DNA from: Pseudomonas phage 201phi2-1
Length of the DNA stretch: 40,000 bases
Sequence record: EU197055.1
Direction: 5' to 3' (one strand)
The notes under the pieces are model-generated. The model made no database searches. It had not been told where the DNA came from and saw nothing but the letters and a program-made list of their open reading frames with translations. Shown here piece by piece: positions 25,988 to 35,058 of this stretch. Every line of letters begins with the position of its first letter. Positions within the stretch are counted from its first letter, which is position 1. The position numbers were made by a program, and so were the translations under genes.

Positions 25988-26362
25988 ATGAAAGTATATT
26001 TCTCAAAACTTGATAACGGTGATTGGATTTGTTATGATGCATTGAACACCACCGGTGATCTCTTCGTAGACCCTACCAAGATCAAGCTACTCCAAGAGAA
26101 GCTTGGTCGAGTGTACGATACCGCTATTCAGAATTCTGTTAACCAACTGATCGAATTTACGATGAGTGTCGATATTCCACATTTCGGTCAGATACACGTT
26201 AACTGCGAGCTGTGGTTTCATAATAATCGAATTTGTAATTTGAAGTTCATAAATGAGCCTGGTGAAGAACCTATTGGTGAATTCCACAAACAGTTCGTTC
26301 TTGAGCTGGATGGATTACCGGCTTTCGATCTTTACCCATATCCAGAGGCTGAAGAAAAGTGA
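25988..26362 (+). CDS. hypothetical protein, 124 aa
   Basis: ORF. Confidence 0.75.
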   Translation: MKVYFSKLDNGDWICYDALNTTGDLFVDPTKIKLLQEKLGRVYDTAIQNSVNQLIEFTMSVDIPHFGQIHVNCELWFHNNRICNLKFINEPGEEPIGEFHKQFVLELDGLPAFDLYPYPEAEEK

Positions 26363-26829
26363 CTGATACTAATCCACTCACAGAACTAAGAGCAAAGCAT
26401 CCTGGCGCCGGTACCAAAAGTGATGGTTGGCTTATGAATGCGCTTAAATTAACAACTGATGCCGGTGGTCGAGACTACTTCAATCAGTGGGTTGATGAGA
26501 AACCCAAATCCAACAGTAAGCTACCTAAGATCCCGTACTCGTTCTACTATGACGAGAAATACCACTGGATCATGAAAGACCAATCCGGTCAAGATCGTGT
26601 GGTAGATCCTAGTCTGTGGGCGAAGATGTTAGGTCGTGAAGAAATGATCGATGGGCTACACTTCCTTGGTACTACTGTTGTGGATCAGTTCTATGGCGAG
26701 ATGCGCCTGTGTCTTGAACTACGTTGGAAAGGCAATCGTGTAACTGAAGTACGCCTGTGTGCACCAGATGGCGATGTGATTAAAAGCAATCTGAATCAGT
26801 TCCACACGTCGTTCGACGAAGCGTTGTAA
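26359..26829 (+). CDS. hypothetical protein, 156 aa
   Basis: ORF overlapping the previous stop. Confidence 0.8.
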   Translation: MTDTNPLTELRAKHPGAGTKSDGWLMNALKLTTDAGGRDYFNQWVDEKPKSNSKLPKIPYSFYYDEKYHWIMKDQSGQDRVVDPSLWAKMLGREEMIDGLHFLGTTVVDQFYGEMRLCLELRWKGNRVTEVRLCAPDGDVIKSNLNQFHTSFDEAL

Positions 26830-26847
26830 TCAGCATAATCTTGTGTA

Positions 26848-26890
26848 GTGGAACCTTCGGGTTCCACATCACTTGCTTTTCTTTTTTGAG
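26848..26890 (+). terminator. rho-independent terminator
   Basis: GTGGAACC-TTCG-GGTTCCAC then CTTTTCTTTTTT. Confidence 0.85.
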
Positions 26891-26900
26891 GATTTTCCAG

Positions 26901-27320
26901 ATGGCATCATACGGAAAGTATAGAAGTGTTAATATACTGGCTCACTTCGCTGACGTTGTAGCGGAGCATGGACCATTTGATCCCAACGAGCGTGTCCAAG
27001 TGATACTTAGTCGGGATGGTCGATACACGATCGGTGGCGCTGATGCTTTCGACGAGAACGGATTCCCTAAGTACTACTTAGATCTTAGGAAATACTTGGT
27101 TAATACAATCGACGGGGTACGCTATCTTAGTAATGGTGCACTATTGGTGGATTCCGATAATAAACGTTACGCTGTTTATATCTCGGATACGAAGCCAGAT
27201 TATATCTTACCTTACGCGATACATGTATCGTTTAAGGCTGCACCAGATAACTATTACTTCACCCAGTCTATGGATCTACCTTCGGACCATCCGTTCCTTC
27301 AGGCGTTTAAACGCGTCTAA
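26901..27320 (+). CDS. hypothetical protein, 139 aa
   Basis: MASYGKYRSVNILAHFADV... at ATG 26901 (track starts at 26841). Confidence 0.75.
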   Translation: MASYGKYRSVNILAHFADVVAEHGPFDPNERVQVILSRDGRYTIGGADAFDENGFPKYYLDLRKYLVNTIDGVRYLSNGALLVDSDNKRYAVYISDTKPDYILPYAIHVSFKAAPDNYYFTQSMDLPSDHPFLQAFKRV

Positions 27321-27323
27321 CTT

Positions 27324-27364
27324 AGCGGAGCCAGTGGCTCCGCTTTCTACCCCTTTCTTTTTTG
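27324..27364 (+). terminator. rho-independent terminator
   Basis: AGCGGAGCC-AGT-GGCTCCGCT followed by a T-rich tract. Confidence 0.85.
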
Positions 27365-27371
27365 GTGACCT

Positions 27372-27776
27372 ATGGCAACTTCAATACCAACACTGGGCAT
27401 CACAGGTTGGATTAACGACCTAGCGGCTTCAGCGGACTATATGCTAGCCTGCTATATTACCGCGAACGTTTACGACTCCGTATTACATTACGGACAAAAT
27501 ACTACAATGCAATATACATTGAAGACATTTGCCAACAACATGCAGGCCATCGAAGAACGCATGCATGATGACCTATTGGCTAAATTCCAAGTAGTCTTTG
27601 GTGACTCAGCTGAAGTTACAGTTGAAGTTGACACTGAAGATGACAACAAACCAGACCAATACACCATTCGTTTTACGGGTACAGTGTATGATGGCTCTAC
27701 CGCTTATGTGGTGGGTCGTTTAGTACAGTATGAAAACGGACGTGTGATTCGAATTGCTAAGATTAACAACGGGTAA
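27372..27776 (+). CDS. hypothetical protein, 134 aa
   Basis: ORF. Confidence 0.8.
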   Translation: MATSIPTLGITGWINDLAASADYMLACYITANVYDSVLHYGQNTTMQYTLKTFANNMQAIEERMHDDLLAKFQVVFGDSAEVTVEVDTEDDNKPDQYTIRFTGTVYDGSTAYVVGRLVQYENGRVIRIAKINNG

Positions 27777-27781
27777 TTAAA

Positions 27782-28288
27782 ATGATCGATACATCCCCTA
27801 ATGGTCAATTGGATCGTCTTGCACAAGACGTAGCTTATATTAAGATGGAACTCACCAAACTGAACAAACGTCTGGATGAGTCAGATACATTTACTCTGAA
27901 GATTCTTCATACTCTCAAGCGTGGTGAAGAAACCTTTGATCTACGTATTGCTCGTTCACAATACAATCTGTTTGCAGGTCTTGCTCATTCGCTTGAACAT
28001 TCCATTGAAGATTTCACCAGTCGTCTACAGGCACGTCAACGAGGTTTTGAAGTACACGTCGTTGATGGTAAAACTGTTCTGGAGAACTCGGATACTATTC
28101 AAGTGGCACGTGTGACTGAAGATACCTATGATTACTCGCCTGCGGCCACACCTGACGAGATTAACAATGTAGGTACTGAACCATTCACTAAGTATTTTAA
28201 TGAACACCCTGAAGTGTTTGGTGATCGCAAGGTTATTCTGGTCAACATTCTAACTGAACAACTACCTGAGGTTCCTGTAGATGTCTAA
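27782..28288 (+). CDS. hypothetical protein with predicted coiled coil, 168 aa
   Basis: N-terminal VAYIKMELTKLNKRLDES heptad-like segment. Confidence 0.75.
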   Translation: MIDTSPNGQLDRLAQDVAYIKMELTKLNKRLDESDTFTLKILHTLKRGEETFDLRIARSQYNLFAGLAHSLEHSIEDFTSRLQARQRGFEVHVVDGKTVLENSDTIQVARVTEDTYDYSPAATPDEINNVGTEPFTKYFNEHPEVFGDRKVILVNILTEQLPEVPVDV

Positions 28289-28886
28289 ACCTAATTACCT
28301 TAACGGTATGTTGGTAGGATATCAAGAATTGGATCGGGCTATTAACGACATCCTTGCTAACGATGAACGGCAAACACCGGTCGTTGGCGAAGATGTTTTT
28401 ATTAACCACATCATTCCTATTCTCCAGCAACCATGGAAAGAAGAGAACCTTCGCAAGTACGGACGTTATGTAGTTGAACCTACACAAGCCCTCCGTGTAG
28501 CAGGTGTGCGGGATGGTAAGACCGTTGTACTATTTACCATTCCACCATTGATGGGTCGAGTTGATACCACATCGCCAGTCGTTAGCGGTATTACCGTTAA
28601 CCAGTTGGTTGAGTATGCATCTATTATGCGTGCTCGACACACCGGTGAAAACGTCGATGGCAACGTTACAGAATACTTGCATCAAATCACTAATCAGATT
28701 CCACCAGAGCAGAAAGTTCTGGTTCCCATTGGCGCCATCTTGGGAGTTTATGGTAAGACCTTCCTAGACGACATGGGTCATCCACTATACTCACTTGAAG
28801 GCGTTCCTAATCAGGTTACGGGTGAACTACCCCGTGCCACTGATGAAACTCAGTTTGTAAGTGCCGGATATATTGATGAAGACTGA
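28281..28886 (+). CDS. hypothetical protein, 201 aa
   Basis: ORF overlapping neighbours on both sides. Confidence 0.8.
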   Translation: MSKPNYLNGMLVGYQELDRAINDILANDERQTPVVGEDVFINHIIPILQQPWKEENLRKYGRYVVEPTQALRVAGVRDGKTVVLFTIPPLMGRVDTTSPVVSGITVNQLVEYASIMRARHTGENVDGNVTEYLHQITNQIPPEQKVLVPIGAILGVYGKTFLDDMGHPLYSLEGVPNQVTGELPRATDETQFVSAGYIDED

Positions 28887-30021
28887 CCAGACTAAAAAGC
28901 CTGGTGTGTTTAGCTATATCAGTCTTGGCGATGTTCACTTAGGGCATCGCCAGACACCTGCTACCCACATCATTCGCAACTTGAACCGCCTGATCCATGA
29001 CGAGTTATTGAAGACCCTCGATGCGATCTTTATTACCGGTGACCTTTTTGATCGACAGCTTAATAATGGTGACGACGATGTTCACGCTATTAACCGCTGG
29101 ATCACTTTTCTGATGTTCAAGTGTGCTGCGTATGATGTCCACATTTATATCGTGGAGGGTACGCCAAGCCACGATCGTATGCAATCTCAATTCTTTGTTG
29201 AGCAGAAAGTTAACGCCAATATTCCAGTTAACCTACATTACGCCAAAGAGCTAGAGATTGTGTACAACGAGCGCTTTGACGCTCATATTCTTTTTGTCCC
29301 TGATAAATGGCATCCATCCACAGCTGTGACGTTATCACAGGTTAAAGAACTGATGGCAGCCAAGGGCTTAGAGCAAGTTGATTTCGCTATCATGCATGGT
29401 GCATTCAGCTATCAATTACCCTCAATCGTAGAAGAGCCTACCCACGATGAAGTCGAATACAGAAAACTTGTACGGCACCAGATTCTCATCGGACACGTAC
29501 ACATTCAAACCGTTACAGAAAAGATTTACGCCGCTGGATCTTTCGATCGTATATGCCACAATGACGAGATTCCAAAAGGAATGTTCCTTTTCAATGTTAG
29601 ACAGGACGGCACTTTTGATGCACAATTCATCGAAAACAAGTGGGCTAAGCAATACGTCACGTGGGATGTCCACGGCCTCGATACCAAAGAACTTAATCAT
29701 GCGGTTAAGGAACGGATCAAAGGACTTCCACGCGGTAGTTCGATCCGACTTAGATGCGACCCAGGCGACGTAGCCAATGGTGATATCGATTCGTTCCGTA
29801 AAGAATACCCGGAACAGGATTGGCAGATCACTGTGGAAAAAGCTACTGCTAAGAAGAATACTGTAATGGAATCCATTCGTAACTTCGATATGTCAGAGTT
29901 TGTTCCTATCACCAAAGACAACCTGCTTGAACTACTGCTGTACGAACTGGAAACCAATGGGCACTCTGAGACAACTGTAGAACGTTGCGCTAAGAGATAT
30001 ACAGATTACATTAAGGGTTAA
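28861..30021 (+). CDS. SbcD/Mre11-like metallophosphoesterase (DNA exonuclease subunit), 386 aa
   Basis: SLGDVHLGH, FITGDLFDR, VEGTPSHD and QILIGHVHIQ: the ordered metal-binding motifs of the calcineurin-like phosphoesterase family. Confidence 0.85.
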   Translation: MPDILMKTDQTKKPGVFSYISLGDVHLGHRQTPATHIIRNLNRLIHDELLKTLDAIFITGDLFDRQLNNGDDDVHAINRWITFLMFKCAAYDVHIYIVEGTPSHDRMQSQFFVEQKVNANIPVNLHYAKELEIVYNERFDAHILFVPDKWHPSTAVTLSQVKELMAAKGLEQVDFAIMHGAFSYQLPSIVEEPTHDEVEYRKLVRHQILIGHVHIQTVTEKIYAAGSFDRICHNDEIPKGMFLFNVRQDGTFDAQFIENKWAKQYVTWDVHGLDTKELNHAVKERIKGLPRGSSIRLRCDPGDVANGDIDSFRKEYPEQDWQITVEKATAKKNTVMESIRNFDMSEFVPITKDNLLELLLYELETNGHSETTVERCAKRYTDYIKG

Positions 30022-30024
30022 GCA

Positions 30025-30849
30025 ATGGATCTCATTGAAAGAGAAATTGGGAAGATACCCGTTAGTATCGGAACATCTCTTGCCTTTGAGGGTTACTTAG
30101 ACATCCACCCAAACCAACCTAAGCAACCAATTGACGTTAAAACGGTTAAAGAGATTTGGGTCAACCTTAGAACGTTGGCCCGTAATCTATGGCAAGCTGT
30201 ACCCACCGCAGAGGTAGCGAACTTAAACCCTGCGGGAGCAGTGGATGTTCTAATGCAGGAGGTACAAACCATTCCCGTTGCGCTCGCCCAATATGGAGCC
30301 AGAGCTAAAGTCCGCTATTACATCACAGGTAAAGATGCGATGAAGTGGACTTTCCCTAATGCTACATTCAAGCAAGCCAAAACGCCAAAACAAATGGCAT
30401 ATGAAGTTTACGAACGCTATGCAGCGATTGAGTTGTATAAGCGAATGAAAGACGAAGGTATGGCTGTTATTCTGATCGATCGGAAACCGCCTCCTAGTGA
30501 CGGTACGGTTGCTCTACTAACACACTACCCTTCGGATCTTTTGTGGAAAGAACATTTCAATCGTTTACTATTGTTGGAATCACATACCGGTAAATTGAAA
30601 CCGTGGAATATGTGGTACACCAAACTACAGAACATCTCTGAAGACACACCGATGCCCTTTAACAAATTTACGTTACAGGTATTCGGTGACAACGTGGACC
30701 TAGTTCCACAACCACGTAATATCATCGGTCAGTTGAAGCAGATGGCTACCTCCAAACGATGGAGTCCTGTTACTACTGAAGCCAAGATGTACCATGACAT
30801 TCAGTCTGGTAGCAAAGAACTTAAAGAAGCCTACGCCAAATTGAGATAA
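30025..30849 (+). CDS. hypothetical protein, 274 aa
   Basis: ORF immediately after the nuclease gene. Confidence 0.8.
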   Translation: MDLIEREIGKIPVSIGTSLAFEGYLDIHPNQPKQPIDVKTVKEIWVNLRTLARNLWQAVPTAEVANLNPAGAVDVLMQEVQTIPVALAQYGARAKVRYYITGKDAMKWTFPNATFKQAKTPKQMAYEVYERYAAIELYKRMKDEGMAVILIDRKPPPSDGTVALLTHYPSDLLWKEHFNRLLLLESHTGKLKPWNMWYTKLQNISEDTPMPFNKFTLQVFGDNVDLVPQPRNIIGQLKQMATSKRWSPVTTEAKMYHDIQSGSKELKEAYAKLR

Positions 30850-30916
30850 TACTCGTAAGCTTATCATACGTAGCACTTTCGCGAAGTGTATATTTTTTAA
30901 AACTCTGGAGTTAACA

Positions 30917-31660
30917 ATGTCGCAACAACAAAACTTTCCTGCACCAACCCTGAACGTCTTTTCCGTTATGTCGAACTGGATGTTTGCTGACCCTGTCGAT
31001 GGGGCACAGAAACGTCCGAGCATGCGAGTAGGCGTATTTGGTAACGTGCCGCGTATCACTGTAAAAACTAACCTACCAAATGACCTGAACCATGGTAAGA
31101 TTGATTTCAACATGGATCTGGCTACCTTCGCTGTAGGTATGGCTTACCTGCAAGATCTGGTTGAAGGTAAGGATGTTCCACAGGAACAGAAGTTTGAATA
31201 TCAGGACGATTTCGTTGCTGGTAAGAAACTGGACAAGATCATTACCCTGTCTACTTGGGTAATTGGTAAAGCTGCTGATGGTCGTATCTATATGGCGGTT
31301 ATCAGCTCACAAGCTCAGCGTCCACGCATCCGTTTCTTCTTCGGTCCTACCAAGTACCACAACATCAAGAATGGTGACGGTTCTCAAGTCGGTACTGATC
31401 TGATCTCGGCAGCTTACGCTCGTGGCTTTGCCCGTAGTTCGGAACAGCTGGTCTACATTCTGTTGGGTGGTCCATCTTTCGACCCTAACGCTAAGAACGT
31501 TGCTAACCCTGCCAACTTTGGTGGCGGTGGTGGTAATGGCGGTGGCCAAGGTGGTGGTTTTAACAAAGGCGGTAACGGCGGACAACGTCCACAATACAGT
31601 GGTGGTAATCAACAAAGTCAACCTGCCGCTGACACAGAACTGGCCAGCTTCGATTGGTGA
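30917..31660 (+). CDS. candidate single-stranded DNA-binding protein, 247 aa
   Basis: Globular beta-rich N-terminal part, Gly/Asn/Gln-rich linker (GGGGGNGGGQGGGFNKGGNGG) and acidic/aromatic C-terminal tip (TELASFDW), an SSB-like layout. Confidence 0.45.
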   Translation: MSQQQNFPAPTLNVFSVMSNWMFADPVDGAQKRPSMRVGVFGNVPRITVKTNLPNDLNHGKIDFNMDLATFAVGMAYLQDLVEGKDVPQEQKFEYQDDFVAGKKLDKIITLSTWVIGKAADGRIYMAVISSQAQRPRIRFFFGPTKYHNIKNGDGSQVGTDLISAAYARGFARSSEQLVYILLGGPSFDPNAKNVANPANFGGGGGNGGGQGGGFNKGGNGGQRPQYSGGNQQSQPAADTELASFDW

Positions 31661-31674
31661 TAATCTAAAAACAT

Positions 31675-31702
31675 CAGCTATCTTGATTCGTCAGGATAGC
31701 TG
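31675..31702 (+). terminator. possible weak terminator hairpin
   Basis: CAGCTATC...GATAGCTG stem, no strong T tract. Confidence 0.4.
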
Positions 31703-31738
31703 TATGCCCCAATCGTCGGTTTAGGGTTAATACAAAAT

Positions 31739-31763
31739 ATTTGAGATTTATATTACTGGTGTG
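31739..31763 (+). promoter_or_regulatory. early-type promoter motif
   Basis: ATTTGAGATTTATATTACT-GGT-GTG. Confidence 0.75.
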
Positions 31764-31786
31764 TAGTATATAGATGAGGATTGACT

Positions 31787-33370
31787 ATGGAGTTTTTTGT
31801 TTCCAATGTACAGGGCGCAGGTTTTACAGAAGTATCCGTGAAGCACGGCGATGAAGTATTAACTTGGTCAACTAGAACTTACAGTAAGGTACAACTAGCC
31901 AACCCTAATCGGGTGTTTAATGAACTGAATGGTTTTCTACAAACACTACCGCCTGCTACGCACGATAAAATGTTCACGAGTTACAGTGAGATCAATCGAC
32001 TGTTTCGAATGGGCTTTGAACCGCAGCATCTGGTTAACACACTGGTTCACCACATCGAGGAGATCTATAAGTGTCTTCCGATGAATGCACTACGACGCTG
32101 GTTGTTGACTATAGGTAACATCTATATTCCAGCTGACACACAAGATACGATCACACAGGACTCTCGCTATAACAAGCGTGGTCAGACTTATCTCAAATCA
32201 GACTACATTAACCTTGCAACTGTTGCCATGGCACTGCAAGCAATGATTCCAGTTTGGGGTGAGTATATCGATCAGTGCACTGACCAAGAACTCTATAAAG
32301 AGAACTCGGTTGTTGGACTGGTACATCGCTGTGAACTAACGAACTGGCCACTCAATGAAACCGATGCGATGGGTGAAGAGATCCCAACCGCATGGGAAAA
32401 ATTGGATGACTATATTCGTTATCGAGTTGAAGATGAGCCTAACACACTGCCTCGGCAATGGGCTGGCCAATCCGCAACCGACGTTCGAGTGTTGCTGCAT
32501 TCCAAAGTACTGGTACGTCGCCTGACGATCATTCCTCTTAACGATCACTCCAGTCACTCTATCGTATCTAACATCTTCAGCTATGTGCGTACTAACGTAT
32601 CTCCAGCTGAACGAAGTACCGCTGATCGGGTAGCTAAGAAACAACCTGAAGGTGGTTCTAGCATGGATGACGAAAACAAAACGTCGTTCATTGAATCTCA
32701 TAAAACAACTAGTCGAATTAGTCCTGGTGACGTTACGATGTACAACCTGGAGGCTAAGGACTATGTAATGTTGGCTGAGACTGTAGATCCAACGATCTGC
32801 AAAGATAAACTGGCACAGTGTATTAGTTGTATTGACCATGTAGCGCAGATTGAAATTCGTCCACATCAGATCCTGCTGGCACAATGGGTTATGGCAAAAG
32901 CATTTCCTGCTCGAGCATTCTATCATATCTCCAAGCTACCAGTGAACTATCTGTTGGCCACGACCCAAGCATTGTTGTGGCATTGGGGTTTTAAAGACGC
33001 TGCAATCATGATGCAAGTTGAGCCAGTGATGTACGGTGAACATGGTTCTACCACGCAGCTCACTCAGGCACGACAAGGTTCTCGTATTGCTAACCGGTTC
33101 CGTCCACAACTGGATGAACTGTTCCCGCATATGAAGCTTCAAAAGACCCCGCAGAATGGGTCTGAAACACCTAAGCCAGAAAACATGGCAGGGCTGGCTA
33201 TCAACAACTGCAACCATTCGATCCGCGGTTCCAACTGGGTCTATCATGGACCGATGCGGCTGTTTGAAGAAGCTGGGCAGATCACTCATAACCGGGTACT
33301 GATTATCCCGCAGACCATCAAACATACGCTCACCGAAGTTGTAATCCATTTGGCACAGATCAACCAGTAA
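31787..33370 (+). CDS. candidate non-virion RNAP accessory/specificity subunit (phiKZ gp68-like by gene order)
   Basis: 527 aa from ATG 31787; first gene of the cluster that ends with two RNAP subunits. Assignment rests on recalled synteny and size. Confidence 0.5.
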   Translation: MEFFVSNVQGAGFTEVSVKHGDEVLTWSTRTYSKVQLANPNRVFNELNGFLQTLPPATHDKMFTSYSEINRLFRMGFEPQHLVNTLVHHIEEIYKCLPMNALRRWLLTIGNIYIPADTQDTITQDSRYNKRGQTYLKSDYINLATVAMALQAMIPVWGEYIDQCTDQELYKENSVVGLVHRCELTNWPLNETDAMGEEIPTAWEKLDDYIRYRVEDEPNTLPRQWAGQSATDVRVLLHSKVLVRRLTIIPLNDHSSHSIVSNIFSYVRTNVSPAERSTADRVAKKQPEGGSSMDDENKTSFIESHKTTSRISPGDVTMYNLEAKDYVMLAETVDPTICKDKLAQCISCIDHVAQIEIRPHQILLAQWVMAKAFPARAFYHISKLPVNYLLATTQALLWHWGFKDAAIMMQVEPVMYGEHGSTTQLTQARQGSRIANRFRPQLDELFPHMKLQKTPQNGSETPKPENMAGLAINNCNHSIRGSNWVYHGPMRLFEEAGQITHNRVLIIPQTIKHTLTEVVIHLAQINQ

Positions 33371-33384
33371 GAGGTACGCAATAG

Positions 33385-35058
33385 ATGTTTAACATTAACC
33401 AGGGCGCAACAGTAGGTAATTCGCAAGTACGCTTTGAACCTAACGGTTTCATTGCAGTACAGACCGGCACCTATCAAGCACAATGTCTACGACCGTTTAA
33501 AAGTAATACCAACGAGGCAGTAGTTGGTGCACTGCGTCAAGCTACTCACGATGGTCTTAACCTCGGCGTAGCAGCCGTGCAAGAGATCGCCTCTGATGTT
33601 ATTGTTCCACAAGCTATGGTCGAAGGTGAGGTAATGATTCCTCACAACTTCACCTCGGCACGATTCCGCCTGATGTGTCGTGTAAACGAATCGCATCCTT
33701 TCATTCAGGGTACCACTACCCAGCGAGTCTTCTTCGGTTACTCCGACCATTGTGACGTTGCAATGGGTGGTAAGCATCTGCCTGATGACATGCGGATTTA
33801 CTTCAACTCTGAAACGATTATCCAAGAGTCTATCGTGCCAACTCCACATGGGCCACAGACTCAAGCCCGTATCATCGGATCTAACCAAATCATTTCCCCA
33901 GTCAACATGATGGGTGGCAATAATGGGATGTTCGCTCGACCAAGTAACTTCTTGATTCGTCCTGAAGATAACTTTAACTTGATGCAGACTAAAGCAGTTG
34001 CAAAGAACCTGCAAGAGAATGGTCTGGTTGATGTTAAGATCGATACCTCCTACGACTATCGCACGATGGTAGGTGAAGGTGGCTCGTTCAAGTATTCGAT
34101 GCGTAAGGACACTTCTCCAGTTCGTTATCTGTCGAGTTCGTTGGGTGCATATCAACATGCGCGTTCCGAATATAACGACACCATGCGTGATTCGGATACA
34201 TTGCTGTTCAACAAAGGTTCTGATCCAACCGAGACACTGCTTGGCGAAGCGGCTAACATGTGTCGTAACCATGCAATCCAATCGAATACCTTCCTGGGTA
34301 TTCTGCGTGAGCATGCTGGCTTCATGGAACGTGGCTATGTAACTTGGAAACGTTTGAAAGAACTGTTCCCAGAACTGTGCCATCCTGAAGTTGCTAAGTT
34401 CGCTATGAACGATGGCACCACCCAGCGTAAGGTCGTTTCCCAAGCGCACCAATCGCAAACGTTCAATGGCGCTGACAATAAGTCCATCGCGGTGGCACTG
34501 TTGTCTCAGGCTATTCCATCGATCATGATGGATACGTTCTTCCGTCAAGTGTCCTTTGCGGTAACTAACGGTAGTGGTCCAAACGAATATCTGTTCGAGA
34601 TCTTTCCGAATGGTACCCAGAGTATCATCCGTAACTTCGACATGCGTCCGTACATTCAACAATTGGAACGTCGCGTTAAAGTAGATATCCTGAACAATAT
34701 CTCCCGTGGTAATCAGATCCCATTCCGTATCAGCTGTAGTTCGGACTTGGCTGGTGAAACCATTATGGACATCTCACTGGGTAATGATCCAGTAGAGCGT
34801 TACGTTGCACCGACTTTCGCAGATAGTCTGTTCTCACCGGTGATCACTCGTAACCAAGAACTCTCCAATGAGATCGCTAACGATATCACGTGGCTGGTTC
34901 GTAAGGTTATTGATGGTGACGCTAGTCGTCAACCTGAGATCGATATGACGCAAGTCTATACTCCTTATCAGCATCCTGTAGCACCAGCTGCACAGTTTAA
35001 TCCTCAAGCACTTAATACCGGAGCACAAAACAATGTCGCAAACCTTGGCCTCCTATAA
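33385..35058 (+). CDS. candidate phage-nucleus protein import factor (Imp1/PicA, phiKZ gp69-like by gene order), 557 aa
   Basis: Second gene of the gp68-gp74-like order; strongly biased codon usage. No motif-level proof. Confidence 0.4.
   Translation: MFNINQGATVGNSQVRFEPNGFIAVQTGTYQAQCLRPFKSNTNEAVVGALRQATHDGLNLGVAAVQEIASDVIVPQAMVEGEVMIPHNFTSARFRLMCRVNESHPFIQGTTTQRVFFGYSDHCDVAMGGKHLPDDMRIYFNSETIIQESIVPTPHGPQTQARIIGSNQIISPVNMMGGNNGMFARPSNFLIRPEDNFNLMQTKAVAKNLQENGLVDVKIDTSYDYRTMVGEGGSFKYSMRKDTSPVRYLSSSLGAYQHARSEYNDTMRDSDTLLFNKGSDPTETLLGEAANMCRNHAIQSNTFLGILREHAGFMERGYVTWKRLKELFPELCHPEVAKFAMNDGTTQRKVVSQAHQSQTFNGADNKSIAVALLSQAIPSIMMDTFFRQVSFAVTNGSGPNEYLFEIFPNGTQSIIRNFDMRPYIQQLERRVKVDILNNISRGNQIPFRISCSSDLAGETIMDISLGNDPVERYVAPTFADSLFSPVITRNQELSNEIANDITWLVRKVIDGDASRQPEIDMTQVYTPYQHPVAPAAQFNPQALNTGAQNNVANLGLL

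Noticed and set aside
27452-27460. TATATTACC resembling the promoter core
   Set aside because: Inside the 27372-27776 CDS, lacks the final T and the GTG at the fixed distance.
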